Source: an uncultured Acidobacteriota bacterium (GTDB taxonomy: Bacteria; Actinomycetota; Acidimicrobiia; Spongiisociales; ZC4RG35). Taken from it: 64,000 nucleotides of DNA. Below the pieces are notes generated by a model. It searched no databases and was not told the origin of the DNA. It saw nothing but the letters and a program-made list of their open reading frames with translations. The stretch spans positions 107,075 to 171,074 of the forward strand of contig CAWJLJ010000003.1 of the NCBI GenBank assembly GCA_963843585.1, given 5' to 3'. Positions 31,256-41,069 of this stretch are shown one piece after another. A program made the translations under genes and the position numbers. Position 1 is the stretch's first letter, and the number at the start of each line of letters is the position of its first letter.

Positions 31256-32492
31256 TTGGGCTGGGGGCCTACGCTCCGGAGGGTGGCGTCAGCAACACGA
31301 GAGGAGATCGCCGACCTGGCCGGTGTCGACCCGGGTATCGTCGAGCGCTTGACGGAGCTGGGGATCCTCGAGACCGACGAAGATGGCAACCTTCGGGCGG
31401 GAAGCCCGCAACGGGTTCGAATCGTCCAGATGCTGGAAGACGCCGGTCTCCCACTCGACGGGCTCGGCGAGGCTCTCGGCCGTGATCTGGTCTCTCTCGA
31501 CTTCATCGACACGACGTCGAACAACCGATGGGGCTCGCTCACCGACACGACATTCGAGGAGCTGAGCGAGCGAATCGGGGTCCCGATCGAGTTGCTCGGG
31601 GCCATTAGGGAAGCGATGGGATTCGCTCCACCCGACGCCGACGGACCGCATTCAGGAGCACGAGATGGAAGTGGTGCCCCTGGTGCAGCTCCAACACGAG
31701 AGCGGATTTCGCGGTGCCGGTAGTCGATCGCGCCCTGCGTGTGTATGGCGAGAGCATGAGGCGCGTCGCCGAGACCGAATCCGATTGGTGGCGGAGCGAG
31801 GTGCTGATGCCGATCATCCAGTCGGGGAACGACCCGGCAGAGTTGTACCGGGCTTCGGCTGAGCTCTCCCCTGCCCTGGCCGAGGTCATCGACCAGGCCT
31901 TGCTCGCCATCTATCACGGTCAACAGGCGAAAGCCTGGATCAGGAACATCCTCGAGGGTTTCGAGGTCGCGCTGGCCGACTCCGGCCTCCACACGCCCAC
32001 GACAGCGCGTGCCCGCGATCTGCTTCCTCGATTTGACCGGCTACACCCGATTGACCGAGGAACGCGGGGACTCGATCGCCGCCGATCTGGCGCAGAGACT
32101 GGCCTCGATGGTCGAGCGGCACTCGAGACGGCACGGAGGCACACCCGTCAAGTGGTTGGGTGACGGGGTGATGTTTCACTTCCCGGAGCCGGCCGACGGG
32201 GTCCTCGCGGCCCTCGAGATGGTTGAGGCGGCACCTGACCTCGGGCTGCCGTCGGCACATGTCGGGCTTCACGCCGGACCGGTGCTGTTCCAGGAAGGGG
32301 ACTACTTCGGCCGGACGGTCAACGTCGCAGCCCGAATCGCCGACTACGCACGGCCCGGTGAGGTGGTGGTGAGCCAGGAGGTGGTCGATGCCGTCGCCGA
32401 CGACAAGCTCGAGTTCTCAGAAATCGGGCCTGTCGAGCTGAAAGGTGTGACAGGCCCCCATCGGCTCTACAGCGCCAGGAGTCACGCGCTAG
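31256..32492 (+). CDS. class III adenylate/guanylate cyclase domain protein, about 3-4 frameshifts
   Basis: The catalytic domain is in ORF 32009..32806 (AICFLDLTGYTRLTEERGD, KWLGDGVMFHF, GLHAGPVLFQEGDYFGRTVNVAARI). The N-terminal regulatory part is spread over ORFs 31256.., 31665.. and 31714... The listed ORF runs 300 nt antisense into ppk, so the real end is probably the TAG of CTAG at 32489-32492. Confidence 0.65.
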
Positions 32493-34542
32493 AGAACGGC
32501 CGAGGCGCGAGCCCGGGCCAATTCCTGCAGAGCTATGTGGGCATCCACACCTGCCGAAGGCGAGACACGCTCCCAGGTCCCATCGGGACGCAAGGCCCAG
32601 GCCAGATTGTCGTCGGCCAGGAGGACATCGAGCACCTCGTCGACCCGGAATTGGAGATCCGGATCGGTGATCGGAACCAGGGCCTCGACGCGGCGATCGA
32701 GGTTCCGCGGCATCAGGTCAGCCGAGCCGATGTAGTAATGGCGGGTGCGACCCCGAGCGCCGAAGCGATAGACCCGGGAGTGCTCCAGGTACCTGCCGAC
32801 CAGTGACCTGACCCGTGATGTTCTCCGACAGCCCTTCCACTCCGGGGCGAAGACAGCAGATCCCCCGCACGATGAGGTCAACGCGGGTCCCTGCTGTTGG
32901 AGGCCTCGTAGAGCGACTCGATCATGCCGGCGTCGACGAGTGAATTCATCTTCAGGGTGATGTGCCCGTCCGGGCGGGAGGCCTCGTCTTCGATCAGCTC
33001 GGTGAGGCGGCTGCGAATCCCGGTCGGCGACACGGCGAGCCGCTTGAAGGTGGTCTGACGGGAGTACCCGGTCAGATAGTTGAACAGGTCGGAGAGGTCG
33101 GCGCCGATCTCGGGATCGGCGGTGAACATCCCGATGTCCTCGTAGGTCCGCGCCGTCTTCTCGTTGTAGTTCCCGGTGCCTATATGGGCATAGCGCCCCA
33201 CTCCCTCGCCTTCCCGCCGAACCACGAGGGCGATCTTGGTGTGAGTCTTGAGCCCGACCACGCCATAGGTGACATGGACCCCGGAGTCCTCCAACCGCTG
33301 GGCCCACTCGATGTTCCGCTCCTCGTCGAATCGGGCCTTCAACTCGACGAGCGCCGCCACCTGTTTCCCGTTTTCCGCAGCCTTGATCAACGAGGCCATG
33401 ACCGGGCTGTCGCTGGACGTTCGATAGAGCGTGACCTTGATCGCGAGCACCTTCGGATCACGGGCGGCACGCTCCAAGAACGGCTCGACCGACGAACTGA
33501 ACGAGTCGTAGGGATGATGGGTCAGCAGATCGCCCTGTTTGATCACATGGAACATGTCGACGAGCTCACCGGGGGGGCTGACCAACCGCGCCGGGGTCAC
33601 CCCGGCGAAGACCTCGAATTTCAACTCGGGTCGGTCCAGGTCGAACAGCCCCATCAGCCCGGCCAGGTCGAGAGGGCCGTCGATCCGATAGACGTCGTCC
33701 TCGGTGGCCCCCATCTCCCTCATCAGCAGGTCGAGCACCTCGTCGGGCATGTCGGGATGGACTTCCAGCCGAACCACGCTCCCGAACCGTCGCTGGGTCA
33801 GCTCCGACTCGATAGCCATGAGCAAGTCGCCGCCTTCGTCCTCCTCGACCTCGATGTCCGCGTTGCGCGTAACCCGGAACACATCCTGTCCGAGGACCTC
33901 CATCCCCGGGAAGAGTGCGGTCAGGTGGGCGCCGATCACCTGCTCGAGTGGGACGAATCGCTCCAGGTCGGGAAGGACGACGAATCGAGGCAGGATCGGT
34001 GGAATCTTGACCCGAGCGAATCTGGTCAGCCCGGTCTCGGGGTTCCTGACCACCACCGCCATGTTGAGTGAGAGGTTCGAGATGTAGGGGAATGGGTGTG
34101 ATGGATCGACCGCCAGGGGGGTCAGCACCGGGTACACGAGCTCGCGGAACTGGTGGTCGAGGTACTCCTTGTCATCGGGATCGAGCGTCGAGTAGTCGCT
34201 GTACACGATGCCCTCGTTGGCCAGCGCCGGAGCGACCTCGGAGAGGAACTGCTTGGAGATGGCCTCGTACTGGACCTCCACCTCGCTTCGGATCGCCGCC
34301 AGCTGCTGACTCGGCGTGATCCCGTCCGGTGGCGTCAGCCCGACGCCGTGAGCGACTTGTTCCTTGAGACCGGCCACCCTCACCTGGAAGAACTCGTCCA
34401 GGTTCGAGGCCCAAATCGCCAGGAACTTCACCTGTTCGAGCAGGGGGAAATCGGGCCTGCCTGCCAGGGACAGAACCCGCCGGTTGAACTCGAGCCAGGA
34501 GAGCTCGCGGTTCAGGAAGTGGTCTGGGTTGAAAGCTTCCAT
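32489..34542 (-). CDS. ppk: polyphosphate kinase 1, 1 frameshift
   Basis: A 554-aa ORF ([16 protein letters not shown].., [21 protein letters not shown]) joins a C-terminal piece in ORF 32489..33307 ([34 protein letters not shown]). The break is near 32880. Confidence 0.9.
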
Positions 34543-34581
34543 CTATTGCTCACTGTTTAGAGCATCTGGATTACCAAATGG

Positions 34582-35196
34582 TTAACGGTCGAGACGAAGA
34601 CCACCTAAGAGAAACTGTCGTAGGTGGCTCGTCACCGTCTGGGTGTGCTGTTGCGGATCGGAGGCGGATATCACCGATTTGGCCGCTGACATGATCGTGT
34701 CCTGGATGAGCCGTCCGGCCAGCTCGGCAGGCATCGACCGAAACTCCCCTGCTGCCACGCCCTCGTAATAGAGACCGATCATGGCCTCGGCCAGATGCGA
34801 GTGCGCGGCGCGGATCCTTTGCTGAGCCTCCAAACCCATGCGTCCGACCTCACGATGGAGGATCAGACCGAACACGGGGTCGCCGGCGACGAACTCGACG
34901 GTTCGTACCGCGAGATCGGCCAATCGCTCGCCCGCAGTCCCGGATCGGGAGCTCGTGGTGATGAGATCGTCGATCACCCCGGGCAACTCCGCCTCCACCA
35001 TGGTGGCGATCAAGTCGTCCCTGTCGACGAAGTAGTCGTACAGGGTGGTCCGGCCGACCCCGGAAGCGAGGGCGATCTCTCCCAACGGGATCTCGGCCGT
35101 GCCGGCGTCGGCGATCAAGGTCTTTGCCGACGCCAGAAGGGAGGCGCGGGTCAGGGCCTTGTGCTCGTCGATCGAGGTCGCACGGATGCGGGGCAT
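34582..35196 (-). CDS. TetR family transcriptional regulator
   Basis: Starts at ATG 35196. The HTH reads IALASGVGRTTLYDYFVDRDDL. The listed ORF overextends upstream. Confidence 0.85.
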   Translation of the reverse strand: MPRIRATSIDEHKALTRASLLASAKTLIADAGTAEIPLGEIALASGVGRTTLYDYFVDRDDLIATMVEAELPGVIDDLITTSSRSGTAGERLADLAVRTVEFVAGDPVFGLILHREVGRMGLEAQQRIRAAHSHLAEAMIGLYYEGVAAGEFRSMPAELAGRLIQDTIMSAAKSVISASDPQQHTQTVTSHLRQFLLGGLRLDR

Positions 35197-35262
35197 GGGG
35201 AGAGGGTATCCGGGTTGAACGAAAAGGACACTTGTAGATTCTCCTGCGGACAGGAGGACACG

Positions 35263-36297
35263 ATGGGAAACGATCAAGGGAACGCAGAGACGGTCCGGGT
35301 GCGGAAGCAAGCCCGACCCTGGAGCGGCTTCTTCCTGGGACTCCTCCTCGGGCTCGCCGTGGCTGTGCTCCTCCAACAGGCCGGCGTGTGGCCGTTGGAC
35401 AGACTCCTCCTGTACGGGTCGGCCGGTGTCTTCGCCTTGATCGGGATCCTGATGAGCGGGGCGGGGAGAGAGCGGGCCGGGGCTTTCGCCAGCGTCGTGC
35501 CTCTCGTCCTGGCCGTGGCGCTCATCGGTTGGGGCGCAACAGGGATTGCCGAGGTCAACGAGAGCGGTCAGATCAACGGTGGTTGTGCGGTGCAGGCCGA
35601 GTCATCCGTCGACAGCACGACGGTCACCGACACCAGCCGACAGGACCCGTTCCAGGTCGACCCCGAAGGGAGCCTCTCCTGGTCAGCCATATCACCTGCA
35701 CCGATAACCAACCATCTCTGGGAGATCTATGTGGATATCGGCGGCTTCCCCCTCGTTGTGGCGTCCAATGACGAGCCCGAGCCCAACACCGACGAGGACA
35801 CCGAGAACGCGGGTGAAGTTGCCGACATTTCCGCCTACATCGCCGAGGTGTCGGATTTCACCGGTCTCGAGCTCGACGGCGTCTTCGAAGTCGGTGGCGG
35901 CATCGAAGGAGAGGGTGGCGCCTGTGATGGCTTCGGATTCGTCGAGCTGACCGCCGACCCGCTGACAACCCTGTTCTCCCAGATTGCGGCCGGAGTCGGA
36001 TTGCTGGCGTTGATCGGCCTGCTCGTCCTCGCCTTCAACCGGACCCGCGAGGCCGAGGTCGTTCCCGAGCAGCCCGTCGTCGATGACGAGGTCCCGATCC
36101 GACGGTCGACGAGTCCTATCGCCTCCACGGAGACGGACGAGATCACCGACCGCGGCAGCAGCAGGCGCTGCCGCGGCGCTGCGACCGGCGGAGCACACAT
36201 CCGTCCGGAGGAGGCCGAACCCGATGTCGCTCCGGAGCCGCCCGAAGAGTCGGTTGACGGCGAGAAGCCGGAGTCCGACACGGGGAACGAAACCTGA
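35263..36297 (+). CDS. hypothetical membrane protein with acidic C-terminal tail
   Basis: AGGAGGA RBS and ATG 35263. Three N-terminal TM helices, one late TM helix (IAAGVGLLALIGLLVLAF) and an Asp/Glu-rich tail. Divergent from the TetR gene. Confidence 0.6.
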   Translation: MGNDQGNAETVRVRKQARPWSGFFLGLLLGLAVAVLLQQAGVWPLDRLLLYGSAGVFALIGILMSGAGRERAGAFASVVPLVLAVALIGWGATGIAEVNESGQINGGCAVQAESSVDSTTVTDTSRQDPFQVDPEGSLSWSAISPAPITNHLWEIYVDIGGFPLVVASNDEPEPNTDEDTENAGEVADISAYIAEVSDFTGLELDGVFEVGGGIEGEGGACDGFGFVELTADPLTTLFSQIAAGVGLLALIGLLVLAFNRTREAEVVPEQPVVDDEVPIRRSTSPIASTETDEITDRGSSRRCRGAATGGAHIRPEEAEPDVAPEPPEESVDGEKPESDTGNET

Positions 36298-36349
36298 CCC
36301 GAGAACTCGTCGTCTTGGCAAACAAGGGGATCAACGCGAAACTCGCGCT

Positions 36350-36634
36350 ATGAGCACAGGCCCGGTGCAGCTGACAACGGAGCTGGCGGCCGAGTGGAGA
36401 GAGCGAGCCGCATGTTCCGGCTACCGCCACACTCTGTTCTTCCCTGTCGGTGACACGGACGCCACTGCCATCGATCGGGCCCTCGAGATCTGCCTGGGTT
36501 GCGCCGTGATCGACGACTGCCTCGAGTACGCCCTGGAGACGAACCAAAGGGCAGGGATCTGGGGCGGCACGACCGAGGACGAGCGTCGCTCGTTGAGGCG
36601 GAAGTGGTTGGCCACACGTCGTCGCGTCGGCTGA
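36350..36634 (+). CDS. WhiB family transcriptional regulator
   Basis: The four Cys pattern (C..CLGCAVIDDC) and GIWGGTTEDERR are present. 94 aa. Confidence 0.85.
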   Translation: MSTGPVQLTTELAAEWRERAACSGYRHTLFFPVGDTDATAIDRALEICLGCAVIDDCLEYALETNQRAGIWGGTTEDERRSLRRKWLATRRRVG

Positions 36635-36682
36635 CTCGCTGAGGACCCGAAGCTGAACGGCACGAAACGGGCCATCCTCGGC

Positions 36683-37820
36683 GTGGCTCTCCTGTTCTTC
36701 GTCAACGGGGTGGTCGTCGGAAGCTGGCTTCCCCGCCTTCCCGAGTTGAGGGACCGTCTCGGGATCGACCTGAGCACCCTCGGCCTCACTCTGGCCCTCG
36801 GCGGACTTGGGTCGCTGATCGGCTCATCTCTGAGCGGTCTCGTCGTGGGACGCTTCGGTGCTCGCCGGACGGCCGTGATTGCCGGGGCCGCGGTCTATGT
36901 CGTTCTCCCCCTCATTGCTGTCGCCCCCGTGGCCCTGGTGCTCGCGCTGGTTCTTGCGATCATCGGCTTCATCGACGCCCAAGCCGACGTCGGGATGAAC
37001 GCCGTCGGGGTCCGGGTCGAGGAGGCCGTGGGCCGGTCGGTGATGACGAGGCTGCATGGCTTGTGGAGCTTGGGCACACTGCTCGGCTCGGGCTTCAGCG
37101 CGCTGGCCGTCCTGGTGGGGATCGAATTGGGAATCCAACTTCTGATCGTCTCGGTGATCGGTCTGGTTACCGCCCTGTATGCCGCACGCCTGATCCCGGA
37201 AACCGCTCCCCGTCGTCGCGAGGGAGAGCGGTCCGGCCGTCTCGCCCTCGGACTGATGCTGGCCGGCGGTTTTGCCGTGTTCATAGAAGGCGCGCCATTC
37301 GACTGGAGCGCCCTCTTTCTCGTCGACATCACCGGGACCGGAGAGGCCCTGGCGGGGACGGGTGTCATCGTCTTCACCGGGGGGATGCTGATCGGTCGCC
37401 TCGCCGGCGATCACGTGGTCGATCGATTCGGGGCGATTCCGACCCTGTACGCCGGCATCGTCGTCTCGGTGGTCGCTTGCTTGTTTGTGGTCGGGCTCCA
37501 GACAGTGGTGACGTCGTTGATCGGCTTCGCCGTCTGGGGACTGGGCATCTCGGTCGCATCTGCCGGTGCTGTACAAGCTGGCCGGATCACATCGCTCCTT
37601 TGGAGAAGGGTCGGGTCTGGCCGCTCTCACCGTCGGCACCCGTCTCGGGTTCATGGTCGCCCCAGCGCTGATCGGCGTCGCCGCCACCGCTTGGTCCCTG
37701 CCGGTCGCATTGGGCGTGATCGTCACGCTCGCTGCGGTCGCCACGCTTCTCGCTGTCCGACTCACCATCGGCCGGCCCATCCCGGTGGGGGATTCCCTTC
37801 CCGGGGATGCGGTCTCATAA
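36683..37820 (+). CDS. MFS transporter, 1 frameshift
   Basis: Eleven to twelve hydrophobic helices. The last two are in ORF 37566..37820 (LYKLAGSHRSFGEGSGLAALTVGTRLGFMVAPALIG). The break is near 37560. Confidence 0.75.
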
Positions 37821-37848
37821 TGTGTGCTCAACCGATCCGGGAAATGGC

Positions 37849-39174
37849 GTGAACAAGCAGGCCGAATATGTCATGCGCACCGTCGAGGAGCGTGGGATCA
37901 GATTCATCAGGCTCTGGTTCACCGACGTCCAAGGCTTCCTCAAGTCGGTATCGATCAGCCCGGCCGAGCTCGAGGTTGCGTTCGAGGAGGGAATGACCTT
38001 CGACGGATCGGCCATCGACGGGTACGCCCGTATCCAGGAAGCCGACATGCTGGCCCGACCCGACCCGTCGACCTTTGGGGTGCTCCCCTGGCGCACCGAA
38101 CAGCAGGTGGCTCGGATGTTCTGTGACATCGCCACACCCGATGGCGAGCCTTTCTCGGGCGACCCCCGGATCGTCCTCAAGCGGAACCTGGGCCGCGCCT
38201 CGGAGATGGGATACAACTTCTACGCCGCGCCGGAGCTCGAGTTCTTCTACTTCAGGGACTCCGGGCCCGAGCCCGAGGTGCTCGACCACGGGGGCTATTT
38301 CGACATGACTCCGCTCGACGTCGCCCAGGACTACCGGAGAGACACGATCAACGCGCTGGAGCAGATGGGCATCCCGATCGAGCATTCCCATCACGAGGTA
38401 GCGCCCAGCCAGCACGAGATCATCGCCCGCTACACCGATGCGCTGACGATGGCCGACACCATCATGACCTCACGCCTGACGGTCAAGGAAGTGGCCCTGA
38501 AGCATGGGATCTACGCCACGTTCATGCCGAAGCCGCTCGAGGAACACGACGGCTCGGGCATGCACCTGCATCTGTCTCTCTTCGAGGATGATGTCAACGC
38601 GTTCCACGAGCCGGGGACCCCGGGCGGCCTGTCCAAGATCGGCCAAGCGTTCATCTCCGGCATCCTCCGCCATGCCGCAGAGATGACCGCGATCACGAAC
38701 CAATGGGTCAATTCCTACAAACGGCTGGTCGACGGCTTCGACGCACCCATCTACATCTCCTGGGCCCGCAACAACCAATCGGCTCTGGTGAGGGTTCCGA
38801 CGGTGAAGAAGGGCAAGCCATCGAGTGTCCGCGTGGAGTATCGGGCCGCCGACGCCGCCTGCAACCCCTACCTGACACTTTCGGTGATCCTCGCGGCAGG
38901 GTTGGCAGGCATCAAGGAGGGATACGAGCTGCCACCCGAGATCTCGGCCAACATCCATCTCATGACGCCGGCCGAACGCGCCGCCGCCGGGGCGAAGCGC
39001 CTCCCCGAGACTTTGTCCGAGGCGCTCGACCTCATGGAGGGGTCCGAGCTGATCGCAGAGGCCCTCGGGGAGCATGTCTTCGACTGGTTCCTCCGCAACA
39101 AGCGCAAGGAGTGGGACCGCTATCAGCACCACGTCTCGCGCTTCGAGCTAGAGAGCTATCTGCCGGTCCTGTGA
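37849..39174 (+). CDS. glnA: type I glutamine synthetase (GlnA2-like)
   Basis: Intact from GTG 37849. Motifs IRFIRLWFTDVQGFLKSV, EVAPSQHEI, NSYKRLV and SALVRVP. Confidence 0.9.
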   Translation: MNKQAEYVMRTVEERGIRFIRLWFTDVQGFLKSVSISPAELEVAFEEGMTFDGSAIDGYARIQEADMLARPDPSTFGVLPWRTEQQVARMFCDIATPDGEPFSGDPRIVLKRNLGRASEMGYNFYAAPELEFFYFRDSGPEPEVLDHGGYFDMTPLDVAQDYRRDTINALEQMGIPIEHSHHEVAPSQHEIIARYTDALTMADTIMTSRLTVKEVALKHGIYATFMPKPLEEHDGSGMHLHLSLFEDDVNAFHEPGTPGGLSKIGQAFISGILRHAAEMTAITNQWVNSYKRLVDGFDAPIYISWARNNQSALVRVPTVKKGKPSSVRVEYRAADAACNPYLTLSVILAAGLAGIKEGYELPPEISANIHLMTPAERAAAGAKRLPETLSEALDLMEGSELIAEALGEHVFDWFLRNKRKEWDRYQHHVSRFELESYLPVL

Positions 39175-39184
39175 ATCCCGCCCT

Positions 39185-39820
39185 GTGAACGTCGCCATCC
39201 ACCCTCCCGACTGCTCGGAGAGCATCCTCGACGGGTTGCTCCTGGCCGGGGCGACCCATGTCGCGGCCCCCGAGCTGGTGCCCGAGGAACGTGTGATCAA
39301 CGACGCCGACATCCTCTTGGTCGAGCTCGGCGACCAGCCGATCCGGCGTCTGCGAGAGGTGACCCGGATCGTGGAGGAGATCGGACTGCCCGTCATACTC
39401 GCCATCTCCCTCGACCAACTCGCTCTCGTCGATTCCACGAGCGGCATCTCCGACTTCATCACGGCCCCGGTCGACCCGCTCGAGCTCAGGCTGCGCGTCC
39501 AGCGGCTGAACAAGGAAGAGCAGACTGACGATCTGGTGGTGTTCAAGGACCTCGAGTTGAACACCCTCAATTACCAGGCCACGCTGGCCTCCAAGCCGAT
39601 CGACCTCACCTTCATGGAGTACGAACTGCTTCGATTCCTGGTCGCGAATCCGATCCGTGTCTGGTCCCGGGAACAGCTTCTCTCCAAGGTCTGGGGTTAC
39701 GACTACTACGGCGGCGCACGCACCGTCGATGTCCATATCCGTCGCCTCCGCTCCAAGCTCGGCGAGGAGCGCGCCTCCTGGATCACGACCGTCCGCTCCG
39801 TGGGGTACCGCTTCGGGTAG
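39185..39820 (+). CDS. atypical OmpR-family orphan response regulator, GlnR-like
   Basis: The winged-helix C-terminus is canonical (LTFMEYELLRFLVANP, WGYDYYGGARTVDVHIRRLRSKLG, VRSVGYRF). The receiver lacks the N-terminal acidic pair and the conserved Lys (DFITAPV), and has Glu at the phospho-acceptor position (ILLVELG). It lies directly downstream of glnA. Confidence 0.7.
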   Translation: MNVAIHPPDCSESILDGLLLAGATHVAAPELVPEERVINDADILLVELGDQPIRRLREVTRIVEEIGLPVILAISLDQLALVDSTSGISDFITAPVDPLELRLRVQRLNKEEQTDDLVVFKDLELNTLNYQATLASKPIDLTFMEYELLRFLVANPIRVWSREQLLSKVWGYDYYGGARTVDVHIRRLRSKLGEERASWITTVRSVGYRFG

Positions 39821-39832
39821 TTCGGGTGTAAC

Positions 39833-39886
39833 GGCGAACCTGAGGTTCTGCGACCCGGATACGGGCCGAATCGTCTCAGGTTCGCC
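39833..39886 (+). repeat. 54-nt structured quasi-palindromic intergenic element, copy A
   Basis: GGCGAACCTGAGGTTCTGCGACCCGGATACGGGCCGAATCGTCTCAGGTTCGCC. The outer stem is a 12-bp perfect pairing (GGCGAACCTGAG/CTCAGGTTCGCC). The inner hairpin is CCCG-GATA-CGGG. It contains the palindrome GAACCTGAGGTTC. Confidence 0.8.
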
Positions 39887-39917
39887 CCAACCAGCACCGA
39901 CCGACCACAATTGACCG

Positions 39918-41069
39918 ATGGGTTTCCGGACCAAGCAGGTACACGCCGGGGTGACGCCCGACCCGACCACCGGGGCGATCCTCACCCCCATCCACCAGTC
40001 GACGACCTTCGTCCAGGACTCGGTAGATGAGTACATGGGCAAGGGGTACTCCTACAGCAGGGGCGGGAACCCGACGGTGCGCGCCCTCGAGGAGAAGCTG
40101 ACCGCCCTGGAGGAAGGTCATGACACCACGGCCTATGCCTCCGGGATGGCGGCCACCGTCGCCGTCTTCCTCGGCCTCCTGCGGGCGGGGGACCACGTGA
40201 TCATTGCCGACGTCGTGTACGGGGGCACCTATCGATTCGCCGATCAGTTCCTCACCAAGTTCGGAGTCGACGTCACCTTCGCCGACGCCTCGGATGCAGA
40301 CAGAGTTGAAGCGGTGATGCGGCCCGAAACACGCATCGTCTTCACCGAGAGCCCGGCCAATCCGACGCTAAAGGTGACCGATCTGGCGGCCATCTCGGAG
40401 ATCACCCGATCGGCCGGCGCGCTTCATGTCACCGACAACACGTTCCTCACCCCCTACTTCCAGAAGCCGTTCCACCTCGGCGCCAACATCGTCATTCACT
40501 CGACGACCAAGTTCCTCGATGGTCACAACGCGACGCTCGGCGGGGCGGTGGTCGTCGACGACGAGGAGCTCCAGGAGAAGATCTCCTTCGCCCGCATCTC
40601 CGCCGGGCTGGTGATGTCGCCGATGGTGGCCTGGCTCACCTTGCAGGGAGTCAAGACATTGAGCGAGCGCATGGACCGGCAGTCGGCAAATGCCCTGACC
40701 ATCGCCGAGTGGCTTCGGGATCACCCCAAGGTCGACTACGTCAATTACCCGGGGCTGACGTCCCATCCGCAGTACGAGCTCTCGTCGCGTCAGGCCAGCG
40801 GGTTCGGCGCCCTGGTGTGCTTCGAGGTGCACGGCGGTGCGGAGACAGGCAAGAAGCTGATGGACGCGGTCGAGCTGTGGAGTCTCGCCGAGAATCTGGG
40901 TGCGGTGGAATCGCTGATCACCCACCCGGTCACGATGACCCACGCCGCGGTGCCGGCTGAGGAGAGGGTGGCCGCGGGCATCACCGACGGGCTGGTCCGG
41001 CTCTCGGTCGGGCTGGAAGACGTCGAGGACTTGATCGCGGACCTCGAATCCGCCCTCGATCGGGTCTAG
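39918..41069 (+). CDS. Cys/Met-metabolism PLP-dependent enzyme (cystathionine gamma-synthase/lyase family)
   Basis: Intact 383 aa. Motifs YSRGGNPT, ESPANPTL and HSTTKFLDGH (PLP lysine), with a C-terminal LVRLSVGLEDVEDLIADL. Confidence 0.9.
   Translation: MGFRTKQVHAGVTPDPTTGAILTPIHQSTTFVQDSVDEYMGKGYSYSRGGNPTVRALEEKLTALEEGHDTTAYASGMAATVAVFLGLLRAGDHVIIADVVYGGTYRFADQFLTKFGVDVTFADASDADRVEAVMRPETRIVFTESPANPTLKVTDLAAISEITRSAGALHVTDNTFLTPYFQKPFHLGANIVIHSTTKFLDGHNATLGGAVVVDDEELQEKISFARISAGLVMSPMVAWLTLQGVKTLSERMDRQSANALTIAEWLRDHPKVDYVNYPGLTSHPQYELSSRQASGFGALVCFEVHGGAETGKKLMDAVELWSLAENLGAVESLITHPVTMTHAAVPAEERVAAGITDGLVRLSVGLEDVEDLIADLESALDRV

Noticed and set aside
32493-32806. About 100-aa C-terminal extension of the cyclase ORF
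   Set aside because: It runs antisense through the well-conserved C-terminus of ppk (..[17 protein letters not shown]..) and has no cyclase-family similarity. The real stop is probably the TAG at 32490-32492 after one more frame slip.
39836-39848. LexA / Cheo SOS box (GAAC-N4-GTTC)
   Set aside because: The spacing here is GAAC-N5-GTTC (a 6-1-6 palindrome with a central base). The flanking genes are not typical SOS genes.
39821-39917. Known SAM/SAH-type riboswitch upstream of the Cys/Met PLP enzyme
   Set aside because: From memory, the sequence does not resemble the SAM-I, SAM-II, SAM-IV or SAM/SAH consensus cores. The same element also occurs upstream of unrelated genes.
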